Origin: Alphaproteobacteria bacterium
GTDB lineage: Bacteria > Pseudomonadota > Alphaproteobacteria > SHVP01
DNA length: 64,000 bases
NCBI GenBank assembly: GCA_038121105.1
Contig: JAYONB010000007.1
Location: forward strand, 119,365 to 183,364
Direction: 5' to 3'
The number at the start of each line of letters is the position of its first letter. Position 1 is the stretch's first letter. The notes beneath the pieces are model-generated. The model was not told where the DNA came from. It saw nothing but the letters and a program-made list of their open reading frames with translations, and did not search any database. Both the position numbers and the translations under genes were made by a program. Shown piece after piece: positions 10,003 through 17,874 of this stretch.

Positions 10003-11190
10003 TTAGCGAAACGCTTCCTCGCGCAGTGCCGCGATCACGGCCTCAACAGTCATCGCCTCTTGCACGCCATCGCGGCGGCGCAGTGTGATCTGATCGCCGG
10101 CGGCCTCACGGGCGCCCACCGCGGCCAACAACGGAATGCCGGCGTCGCGCGCATCGACCACCTTGCGCGCCAACCGCTCTGGGCGCACGTCGGGCACCGC
10201 GCGATAGCCCGCCGCCGCCAACCAGTCGACGACGGATTTGGCGTAGGCCACCTGCGCATCCGTGATGCTCGCCACCACGATTTGATCGGGCGCGAGCCAC
10301 AGCGGCAGATTGCCCTCGTGGTGTTCCAGCAACATGCCGATGAACCGCTCGACGCTCCCCAACACCGCATGATGGATCATCACCGGGCGGACCCGACCGC
10401 CCCCGGCATCGACGTAGGCCGCGTCCAGGCGCTCGGGTAGCACCATATCGAGCTGCACCGTCCCGCATTGCCATTCGCGCCCGTGACTGTCGCGTAAGTG
10501 AAAGTCGAGCTTGGGGCCGAAGAACGCGCCCTCGCCCGGATCGACGCGGTAGGCAATTCCGGCGGCTTTGGCCGCGGCCTCGAGCCGCGCCTCGACTGCA
10601 TCCCACGCCGCATCGTCGCCGGCCCGCACCTCGGGCCGCGTCGAAAACGCGACCTGCACATCGTCGAACCCGAAGTCGGCATAGACCTTGTGCAACAGGC
10701 CGCAAAACCGCGCGACCTCGTCCTCGATCTGGTCCTCGGCGCAAAAGATATGCGCATCGTCCTGCACGAAGCTGCGCCCGCGCATCAGGCCCATCAGCGC
10801 CCCGGAGGGTTCGTCGCGATGGTACATACCGAACTCGCTATAGCGGATCGGCAAATCGCTAAACGAACGCACGCGTTTGTTGAACACCTGCACGTGCCCG
10901 GGACAACTCATCGGTTTCAGGGCCCGCGATTGGCCGCCGTCTTCGAACGCAAACATGTTGTCGCCGAACTTTTCCCAATGACCGCTACGCTCCCACAGCT
11001 TTCGGTCCAGCAGCACCGGCGTGCGAATCTCACGAAAGCCGAGCCCGCGCATGCGCGCCCGGATCGTCTCTTCGACGATGCGAAACAGGGCAAAGCCGCG
11101 GGGGTGCCAAAACACCATGCCCGCCGCTTCCTCCTGCTGATGCCAAAGGTCCATGCGGTTGGCGATTGCGCGATGATCGTGGTCGTCCAT
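10003..11190 (-). CDS. threonyl-tRNA synthetase paralog: catalytic core and anticodon-binding domain only, lacking the N-terminal TGS and editing domains
   Basis: The ORF begins exactly at the DHR(K/A)xG catalytic-domain boundary (MDDHDHRAIANRMDLWHQQEEAAGMVFWH...MSCPGHVQVF...GTVQLDMVLPERL...), near-collinear with E. coli ThrRS residues ~240-642. There is no room upstream for N1/N2 domains: 233 bp separate it from the next gene. Confidence 0.8.
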   Translation of the reverse strand: MDDHDHRAIANRMDLWHQQEEAAGMVFWHPRGFALFRIVEETIRARMRGLGFREIRTPVLLDRKLWERSGHWEKFGDNMFAFEDGGQSRALKPMSCPGHVQVFNKRVRSFSDLPIRYSEFGMYHRDEPSGALMGLMRGRSFVQDDAHIFCAEDQIEDEVARFCGLLHKVYADFGFDDVQVAFSTRPEVRAGDDAAWDAVEARLEAAAKAAGIAYRVDPGEGAFFGPKLDFHLRDSHGREWQCGTVQLDMVLPERLDAAYVDAGGGRVRPVMIHHAVLGSVERFIGMLLEHHEGNLPLWLAPDQIVVASITDAQVAYAKSVVDWLAAAGYRAVPDVRPERLARKVVDARDAGIPLLAAVGAREAAGDQITLRRRDGVQEAMTVEAVIAALREEAFR

Positions 11191-11239
11191 GTCGTTTTCT
11201 CCTCATCAAAAAAGCCGGGAGAAGACGGGCACCAGACAC

Positions 11240-11271
11240 AAAAAAGGCCCCGTCCGGATACCGGCGGAGCC
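11240..11271 (-). terminator. candidate attenuator terminator: 11-bp GC stem GGCUCCGCCGG-UAU-CCGGACGGGGCC followed by U6
   Basis: Seen on the minus-strand transcript between the Thr leader ORF and the ThrRS-like start. Alternative pairings with upstream segments are possible. Confidence 0.5.
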
Positions 11272-11294
11272 TGGGGTGGTTATTGATGCTGTAC

Positions 11295-11372
11295 TTAGCG
11301 CACGTCAAAACCCCACGGCCCGCCGCTGCGGGTCGTGGTGGTGGTGTTCAGTGCCTGAAGCATCATCAACAT
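11295..11372 (-). CDS. candidate leader peptide (25 aa) with five consecutive Thr codons
   Basis: ATG at 11372 gives MLMMLQALNTTTTTRSGGPWGFDVR*, with the run ACC ACC ACC ACG ACC. It lies 52 nt downstream of the methyltransferase stop and 105 nt upstream of the ThrRS-like ATG. Confidence 0.5.
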   Translation of the reverse strand: MLMMLQALNTTTTTRSGGPWGFDVR

Positions 11373-11423
11373 GGCGCGGACCCTAAGTCCGGTCGCGAAA
11401 GGGTTCAATGTTCTATTGGTCTG

Positions 11424-12245
11424 CTAGGACAAAAGCGTCCGTTTGACGATGAGCCCCTGCCCCGTGGGGAGCTCCAAAATCCGTTGGCTGCGCGCGGCAA
11501 ACCAGGCCTGGTAGGCATCGAACATGGGCTCGTATTCCGACCGCCCGAAATCGTCCAGCAAGATCACGCCGTTCTCGGGAATGCGATCGTAAAAGAACTC
11601 AAGCGCGGCGATCTCCGCCCCCGCGCAGTTCATATCCAAATGTAGGAACACAACTTTCTCCGGGGCGGTCTCGGTCAAGACGTCCGGTACCGTGCCCGCC
11701 ACGACATGCACGTTAGGCCAAGGCGCAAAGCGCGCCCGCACTTGCGCTTCCAATCCGTCGGCGGAGAACGTCGGCCCCGACAAGCGCATTTCCGTCTCGG
11801 TGGCATAGCGACTGTCCAGTCCTTGGAACGTATCGTAAAGGTAGAAGTCGCGATCCGGCGCGATGGCCGAGCCCAACGTGCCCAGCGCGGTCACCGCATA
11901 AAGCCCTTCGTAAACCCCGCATTCGACCAACGCCCCCTCATGACCCAACGAGGTCGAGATCGCCCAACAATACGTATGCAGCCGCCACAGTTTGTGCAGA
12001 TCTTCGGGTTGTTGGCACGCGTTGCCCGCGACTTCCATGAACGTGCGGTCGCGGGTGAAACCGAGATTGCGTGCAATGGCAATGAGGTTGTCCGCCATAA
12101 AGGTGCGCACACCGTGCTCTCGACACACACGCTGCATGTCGTGCGCGCTTTCGCGGACGCGGCTACGCGCGGTGAGCGGAAGGCCCACCGAATAAAAGCT
12201 CATGGCCTCGTAATCGGGCACCGGGGATTCTGTCATGTGCCGCAC
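11424..12245 (-). CDS. TylF/MycF-like (macrocin O-methyltransferase family) class I SAM-dependent methyltransferase
   Basis: LVECGVYEG and LYDTFQG motifs typical of PF05711-type O-methyltransferases. Confidence 0.65.
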   Translation of the reverse strand: MRHMTESPVPDYEAMSFYSVGLPLTARSRVRESAHDMQRVCREHGVRTFMADNLIAIARNLGFTRDRTFMEVAGNACQQPEDLHKLWRLHTYCWAISTSLGHEGALVECGVYEGLYAVTALGTLGSAIAPDRDFYLYDTFQGLDSRYATETEMRLSGPTFSADGLEAQVRARFAPWPNVHVVAGTVPDVLTETAPEKVVFLHLDMNCAGAEIAALEFFYDRIPENGVILLDDFGRSEYEPMFDAYQAWFAARSQRILELPTGQGLIVKRTLLS

Positions 12246-12278
12246 GCTAGGCCGTCTTGGTGAACAAACCCTTAAGGG

Positions 12279-12971
12279 CTAGGACGGCGGGGCCGAGACC
12301 TCGGCGCGCGCCAAATTGTCGAGCAACGTCGGATCGTCCGGAAAGCGCTTCAGCGCCTCGCGGTAGTCCGCCACCGCCGAGGCATAGTCCCCAGTCGCAT
12401 GATGCGCCAAGCCGCGCGCGAGATAGCCGAACCCGTCGCCGTAGCGGATCAAACGGCTCGCCTCCTCGCGCAGTCGGGCATGATCGCCCAGGCGCAATAA
12501 CGCCTCGACGCGGGTCCGCACCGCCAAGTCAGGAACGATGCCTTCGATCACGGGCGTCTCGGCACAGCGCGTCAGGGCCGCACGTTCCAGCGCCACGCGA
12601 CAGATCACCTGAATCTGGCGCAAGGCCTGCGCCGCGATTTCGGTGTTCGCCGGATCGCGTCGCGCGTCGGGCGACCCGGTGGCGTGGGCCACCGTCTCGT
12701 GGCAGGTGTCGATCATCGCAGCGCCGTCTTGGGTTGGGCTGCCTTGGATGCACGCGCTCAGCGAGTCGCGGGCCGCGGCCGCCGGGTCGGAGTCGAACAC
12801 GCCCAACCACCACAGCCCGGCTGCGACGATCAGCACGTCCACCACGATCCCGCCGACGATAAAGTAGGTGAGATAGCGCCGGTTCATGCTGCGCATCTTG
12901 GCCATCGCCGTCTGGAATAAAGACGGTGGGTCGGTCTTGGGATCCTCGGGTTCGCTCACGGGCGGCATCAT
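12279..12971 (-). CDS. membrane-anchored TPR-repeat protein (hypothetical)
   Basis: N-terminal transmembrane helix (YLTYFIVGGIVVDVLIVAAGLWWL) followed by TPR-like helices (DYASAVADYREALKRFPDD). Confidence 0.5.
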   Translation of the reverse strand: MMPPVSEPEDPKTDPPSLFQTAMAKMRSMNRRYLTYFIVGGIVVDVLIVAAGLWWLGVFDSDPAAAARDSLSACIQGSPTQDGAAMIDTCHETVAHATGSPDARRDPANTEIAAQALRQIQVICRVALERAALTRCAETPVIEGIVPDLAVRTRVEALLRLGDHARLREEASRLIRYGDGFGYLARGLAHHATGDYASAVADYREALKRFPDDPTLLDNLARAEVSAPPS

Positions 12972-13001
12972 AGCCGTCCCGTGACGCCAAGGGGCCAGGC
13001 A

Positions 13002-13238
13002 TTAGTTCAGCGGCCAACGCCACCACGGCGTTTGGGACACCGACCTTACCTCGCCGGCGGTCACCCCGATATCGCGCCGCCCGCGGGCATCCAGCAGGCC
13101 CAGCGCGGCTCGGTCGCGACGCGCTTTGACCCAGCGTCGCGCCAACACCGCCAAGACCTTGGTGAGACGCGGCATGGCACCCCGACGGGGCTCAATCCGG
13201 TGGGTTTCGGTAAGGTCGCCCATTGCAATCTCGGCCAT
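13002..13238 (-). CDS. DUF1127 domain small protein
   Basis: C-terminal motif RRDRAALGLLDARGRRDIGVTAGEV matches DUF1127. Divergent from a LysR gene, which is a common arrangement. The start is uncertain (alternatives at 13223 or 13175). Confidence 0.5.
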   Translation of the reverse strand: MAEIAMGDLTETHRIEPRRGAMPRLTKVLAVLARRWVKARRDRAALGLLDARGRRDIGVTAGEVRSVSQTPWWRWPLN

Positions 13239-13392
13239 CGGTCTATCCTTTTGCGCCCGCATTTCTGCGGATTTTCGGGAATCTCGGGCGGTAGGCCCAC
13301 CTGGTTCTTGCGCCTCAAATAAGGGGCAGACCCGCCCATCAATCAAACGAATTGATTTGAAGCCACCAATCAGAATTGCTTATGTCAGGGTC

Positions 13393-14316
13393 ATGCACCG
13401 CAATCTCGATATCGACCTCCTGCGCACTCTCGTGGCCATCGCCGAGACCGGCTCGTTCACCGCGGCGGCCGATCAGATCGGGCGCACCCAATCGGCGATC
13501 TCGATGCAGATGAAGCGATTGGAAGAACAGATCGAGCGCCCGCTTTTTGTCCGCGACGGGCGCACCAGCACGCTCACCCCGGCCGGCCATGACTTGCTCG
13601 ACTACGCGCGCCGGATCTTACGATTGCAGGACGCCGCCCTGTCGTCCCTCCGCGAACCGGAGATGGAGGGCGTGGTCCGCGTCGGCATCCCCGACGATTA
13701 CGTCGGCGTGTTCATGCCGCCGATCCTTGCCCGTTTCGCGCGATCCCATCCGCGCGTCCAAGTCGATCTGCGCTGCGAAACCTCCGACCGGTTGCGCGAT
13801 TCCCTGTTGGCCGGCGAAATCGATTTGGCGGTCGTCACCTGCGGCGCATTGACCGAAGAAAGCCAGCCGCTCAAAAAAGAAGCCGTCGTGTGGGCTGCCC
13901 CGCGCGAGCATCGCGTCGAAGACGAACCCGTTCTGCCGCTCGCCCTGTTCGCGGCCCCGTGTCGGGTGCGCGAATCGACCATCCAAGCGTTCGACAAAAT
14001 GGATCGCGACCATCGCATCGCGTACGTCTCGCCCTCGCTGATGGGATTGTTCGCCGCGGTGAACGCCGGGCTCGCCGTCACCACCATCGGCCGCAGTGCG
14101 CTGACCTCGGGAATGCGTACGCTGACCGAGGAAGACGGCTTTCCGCCGCTGCCCGACATCGTCCTGACGTTGGAGCGTACCCCGCGCGAACGCTCCGCTG
14201 CGGTCGAAGCGCTGGCGACGCACATCATCGAATCGTTTCGCGACGAAGCGAACGTCCCGCGGGTCCCGCCCAACGCGGGCCCGGAATATTGGCAGCGCCC
14301 CAGCGCCGCCGAGTAG
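13393..14316 (+). CDS. LysR family transcriptional regulator
   Basis: N-terminal wHTH (LRTLVAIAETGSFTAAADQIGRTQSAISMQMKRLEE) plus a LysR substrate-binding domain. The ATG at 13393 was chosen inside the longer track ORF. Confidence 0.9.
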   Translation: MHRNLDIDLLRTLVAIAETGSFTAAADQIGRTQSAISMQMKRLEEQIERPLFVRDGRTSTLTPAGHDLLDYARRILRLQDAALSSLREPEMEGVVRVGIPDDYVGVFMPPILARFARSHPRVQVDLRCETSDRLRDSLLAGEIDLAVVTCGALTEESQPLKKEAVVWAAPREHRVEDEPVLPLALFAAPCRVRESTIQAFDKMDRDHRIAYVSPSLMGLFAAVNAGLAVTTIGRSALTSGMRTLTEEDGFPPLPDIVLTLERTPRERSAAVEALATHIIESFRDEANVPRVPPNAGPEYWQRPSAAE

Positions 14317-14320
14317 CGAT

Positions 14321-15688
14321 CTAGTAGGCTTCTTCCTCGAAGACGGGGTCGACGTTGCCGCCCCAGGCGCCGGCGTAACGCACCAGCAGACCTTCGGCCG
14401 GCGCCTTGCCGCTGCGTTGAATGACGTCCAGCGGATCGAGGAACCCCGCTTCGTCGGTCCCCATGCCGTCGAGTCGGCCACGGTCGCGCAATCCGCCCCG
14501 CGCGATCTCCAGCACGCGGCCGGCAAGATCACCCACCGTGCCGTTGCGGAACGGCGTCTTCAGCGCCGTCTTGGGCACTTCGGCGCGCAAATACTCATGC
14601 TCTTCCAGCGTGAAGTCTTTGACCAAATCCCACGCCGCATCGAGGGCGGATTGCGAATAGGTCAGCCCCACCCACAACGCCGGCAACGCGCAGATGCGGC
14701 CCCACGGCCCGCTATCGGCGCCGCGAAACTCCAAAAACCGTTTCATGCGCACTTCGGGGAACAACGTCGTCATGTGGTCTTCCCAGTCGCGCAGCGTCGG
14801 CTTCTCGCCCGGTAGCGCGGGCAACTTGCCGTCGAGAAAATCGCGAAAGCTTTGGCCCGAGGCATCGAGATACGTGCCGTTGCGATAGACGAAGTACATC
14901 GGCACATCGAGCACATGATCGGCGTACCGCTCGAAGCTCATGCCGTCCTCGAACACGAACGGCAGAATGCCGCAGCGATCGGGATCGGTGTCCGTCCACA
15001 CATGACTGCGCAGCGACAAGAACCCGTTCGGCTTGCCTTCGGTGAAGGGCGAGTTGGCGAACAGCGCCGTCGCCACCGGCTGCAACGCCAGGCCGACGCG
15101 GAACTTCTTCACCATGTCGGCTTCGGATTGGAAGTCGAGGTTCACCTGCACCGTGCAGGTGCGAAACATCATATCGAGCCCCATCGAGCCCTTGGTCGGC
15201 ATGTAGGCCATCATGATGCCGTAACGCCCTTTGGGCATGACGTGGACATCCTCGCGCCGCCACTTGGGATTGAAGCCCAATCCCAGCATCCCCGATCCGG
15301 TCTCCGCGCCGATCTCTTTGACCTGCTTGAGATGCGTGTTCACCTCGACGCAGGTCTCGTGAATGTTCTCCAGCGGCGCACCCGACAATTCGAACTGTCC
15401 GCCCGGCTCCAGCGTGATGCTTTGCCCGGCCATGGTCAGCGCGATCGGGTTGCCGTTCTCAAGGTGCGGCTCCCAGCCGAACCGCGTCAATCCGTCCAAC
15501 AACGCGCGAATCCCGGGCGTACCCTCATAGGGCAACGGGCGCAGGGTCTTGAGGTCGAACGCGAATTTCTCGTGCTCGGTGCCGATGCGCCAATCCTCGG
15601 GCGGCTTGCATCCCGATTCGATGAAATCGACCATCTGTTGCTTGTTCTCGACCGGAATCCCGGGGTCGTCTGCCGGTGGCGCCGACAT
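14321..15688 (-). CDS. gshA: glutamate--cysteine ligase (GCS2/plant-alphaproteobacterial type)
   Basis: Full-length similarity to GshA type 2. Confidence 0.9.
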   Translation of the reverse strand: MSAPPADDPGIPVENKQQMVDFIESGCKPPEDWRIGTEHEKFAFDLKTLRPLPYEGTPGIRALLDGLTRFGWEPHLENGNPIALTMAGQSITLEPGGQFELSGAPLENIHETCVEVNTHLKQVKEIGAETGSGMLGLGFNPKWRREDVHVMPKGRYGIMMAYMPTKGSMGLDMMFRTCTVQVNLDFQSEADMVKKFRVGLALQPVATALFANSPFTEGKPNGFLSLRSHVWTDTDPDRCGILPFVFEDGMSFERYADHVLDVPMYFVYRNGTYLDASGQSFRDFLDGKLPALPGEKPTLRDWEDHMTTLFPEVRMKRFLEFRGADSGPWGRICALPALWVGLTYSQSALDAAWDLVKDFTLEEHEYLRAEVPKTALKTPFRNGTVGDLAGRVLEIARGGLRDRGRLDGMGTDEAGFLDPLDVIQRSGKAPAEGLLVRYAGAWGGNVDPVFEEEAY

Positions 15689-15831
15689 AGCTAGTCGGCC
15701 ACCCGGCGGGGCGTGTCACACGCGTTCATCGATGATCTTCCGAAGTCGTTACCGATTGTTGGCCCGCAGTATTGCCGCCCTCGATTCGGAATGCAAAGCA
15801 GGTAAGTCCGTCGCGCAACCCTGCCATGCGC

Positions 15832-16575
15832 CTAGCGCCAGTCTCCCAGATGAGCCTGCACCATCGTCAGCGCGGCGATCGCCGCTGTATCGGCGCGCAG
15901 CACGCGCGGGCCCAACGCGACCGCTACCGCAAAAGGCTTGGCCGCGATCATGGCGCGCTCGTCTGCCGAGAACCCGCCCTCGGGCCCGATCAGGACCGCC
16001 CACGGGCCCGGCGCTTCGCCCGCCAACGCGGTCGCGATCGGGGTGCCGGTGCCGGACTCGTCGCAAAACAGCAAACGCCGCGCCGCCGGCCAGGCATCCA
16101 GCACCGTCGCCAACGGCGCGATCGGCACGACCTCCGGCACGGTCATGCGCCCGCATTGCTCGGCCGCCTCGATCACCAAGGCTTGCGCCCGGGAGTGGTT
16201 GAGATCGCGCACGCTGGTGTGCGCGCTCAGCACCGGCACCAGCCGCGACGCCCCCAACTCCGCCGCCTTCTCGATCGTCACGTCGAGCCGCGCCTTTTTG
16301 ATGGGCGTGAAGACCAGCCACAAATCGGGCTCCTCGATATGCCCTCGGACCAACTCGCCCACCTGCAACGTACCGTCGCGGCGTCCGAGCGCCTCGACCG
16401 CGGCGCGCCACTCACCGTCGCGCCCGTTGAAGACCAACAGCGCATCGCCCGGCCCCAGCCGCATCACGTTCTTGAGGTAGTGCGCCTGTTTTTCGTCCAA
16501 CGGCACGGTCGCGGCCGCGGCCAAATCGTGCGGGACATAAAGGCGGATGGACGGCGCGGGGTGCGGGGAAGCCAT
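15832..16575 (-). CDS. rsmE: 16S rRNA (uracil1498-N3)-methyltransferase
   Basis: RsmE family (IRLYVP...GDALLVFNGRDGEW). The start was chosen at MASPHP (16575). Confidence 0.85.
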   Translation of the reverse strand: MASPHPAPSIRLYVPHDLAAAATVPLDEKQAHYLKNVMRLGPGDALLVFNGRDGEWRAAVEALGRRDGTLQVGELVRGHIEEPDLWLVFTPIKKARLDVTIEKAAELGASRLVPVLSAHTSVRDLNHSRAQALVIEAAEQCGRMTVPEVVPIAPLATVLDAWPAARRLLFCDESGTGTPIATALAGEAPGPWAVLIGPEGGFSADERAMIAAKPFAVAVALGPRVLRADTAAIAALTMVQAHLGDWR

Positions 16576-16590
16576 GCTAGAACCATAGCA

Positions 16591-17544
16591 ATGACTTCGC
16601 CCGACGACACCGTCCTTCCCGACTCCGTGCGCGGCCACTGGGTCGACCGCAGTCCGGCCCGCCTACGCCCTTACCTGCGCCTGTCGCGCCTCGACCGCCC
16701 GATCGGCACCTGGCTCCTGGTATGGCCGGGTTGGTGGGCCATTGCGCTGGCCGGCGCGCTCACCGCCGGCGCCCCCGACACGCGACCCTGGTTCGGCCTA
16801 CCCGATCTGTTTTTGCTGGCGCTTTTCGGCATCGGCGCGCTCGCCATGCGCGGCGCGGGGTGCACCTATAACGACATCGTCGACCGCGACATCGATGCGC
16901 AAGTCGAACGCACCCGTGGCCGCCCGATCCCGTCGGGCGCCGTCTGCGTGCGCGCCGCCGTGGCGTGGCTGATCCTCCAAGCGCTGATCGGCTTTGCCGT
17001 CCTCGTCACGTTCAACGCGTTTGCGATCTGGCTCGGCGTCGCCTCGCTCGCTTTGATCGCGGCCTACCCGTTCATGAAGCGCATCACCTGGTGGCCCCAA
17101 CTGTGGCTCGGTCTCGCCTTCAACTACGGCGCGCTGTTGGGTTGGGCCGCGGTCACCGGCGGCCTCTCCGCCGCCCCGATATTGCTGTATGTGGGCGGCA
17201 TCTTCTGGACGTTGGGCTACGACACCATCTACGCCCACCAAGACACCGAGGACGACGCCCTCGTCGGCGTCAAATCCAGCGCCCGCTGGCTCGGCACCCG
17301 CACCCGGCCCTTTCTTTTTGTCGCCTACGCCGCCACCACGATCCTGATCGCCGCCGCCGGCGCAACGGCCGGGCTCCACTGGCTGTTCTACCCCCTGCTC
17401 GGCCTCGCCGCGTTGCATCTCGCCTGGCAGGCCCGCGCCCTCGACATCGAAGACCCTGCCGACTGCCTCGCCAAGTTCCGCAGCAACCACCACACCGGCG
17501 CCTTGGTATTCCTGGCGATCGTCGTCGGCAGCGTCCTGGCCTAA
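16591..17544 (+). CDS. ubiA: 4-hydroxybenzoate polyprenyltransferase
   Basis: UbiA motif YNDIVDRDIDAQVERTRGRPIPSG and about nine transmembrane helices. ATG at 16591; the track ORF from 15772 is an antisense-overlap artefact. Confidence 0.9.
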   Translation: MTSPDDTVLPDSVRGHWVDRSPARLRPYLRLSRLDRPIGTWLLVWPGWWAIALAGALTAGAPDTRPWFGLPDLFLLALFGIGALAMRGAGCTYNDIVDRDIDAQVERTRGRPIPSGAVCVRAAVAWLILQALIGFAVLVTFNAFAIWLGVASLALIAAYPFMKRITWWPQLWLGLAFNYGALLGWAAVTGGLSAAPILLYVGGIFWTLGYDTIYAHQDTEDDALVGVKSSARWLGTRTRPFLFVAYAATTILIAAAGATAGLHWLFYPLLGLAALHLAWQARALDIEDPADCLAKFRSNHHTGALVFLAIVVGSVLA

Positions 17545-17570
17545 CCCCCCAACGCCGCACTTCTAGGATG

Positions 17571-17865
17571 TCATCCTGAGGAGGCGCCAAAGGCGCCGTC
17601 CCGAAGGGCCCGCCGACGCACCGCAAGGCGTCCGCATTCTTCCGCGGACGCCGCGCGCACCGCACACCCGCCCCCAACAAACTCCTCCCCCTCTTGGAGG
17701 GGGAGGCCGGGAGGGGGTCTTCGCCCTAATGGATTCCGGATGCCACCAACCCCCTCCTCAATCCTCCCCCTGCCAAGCAGGTGGAGGAGGCTCGAGGGCC
17801 CAATCGCCTCAATTGTCGTCATCCTGAGGAGGCGCCAAGGGCGCCGTCTCGAAGGGCGCCGCAAA
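17571..17865. repeat. composite intergenic repeat cluster: A-module (GTCATCCTGAGGAGGCGCCAARGGCGCCGTCYCGAAGG) x2, internal hairpin, and B-module polypyrimidine/polypurine hairpins x2
   Basis: A at 17571-17610 and 17818-17860; hairpin GGCGTCCGC-attcttcc-GCGGACGCC at 17627-17653; B at 17682-17720 and 17743-17790. Confidence 0.8.
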
Positions 17866-17874
17866 GCAAGATCG

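Noticed and set aside
11200-11230. Second U-tract (CCCGGCUUUUUU) just before the ThrRS-like RBS as a second terminator
   Set aside because: The preceding sequence forms at most a 3-bp stem, which is not a credible intrinsic terminator. The functional hairpin is the one at 11240-11271.
12257-12862. 201-aa Arg/Pro/Ser-rich plus-strand ORF
   Set aside because: It is antisense to the TPR protein gene and a low-complexity, spurious translation.
15772-17544. 590-aa plus-strand ORF spanning rsmE and ubiA
   Set aside because: Only the last 318 codons (from the ATG at 16591) match UbiA. The upstream 270 codons are antisense to rsmE and Arg/Gly-rich.
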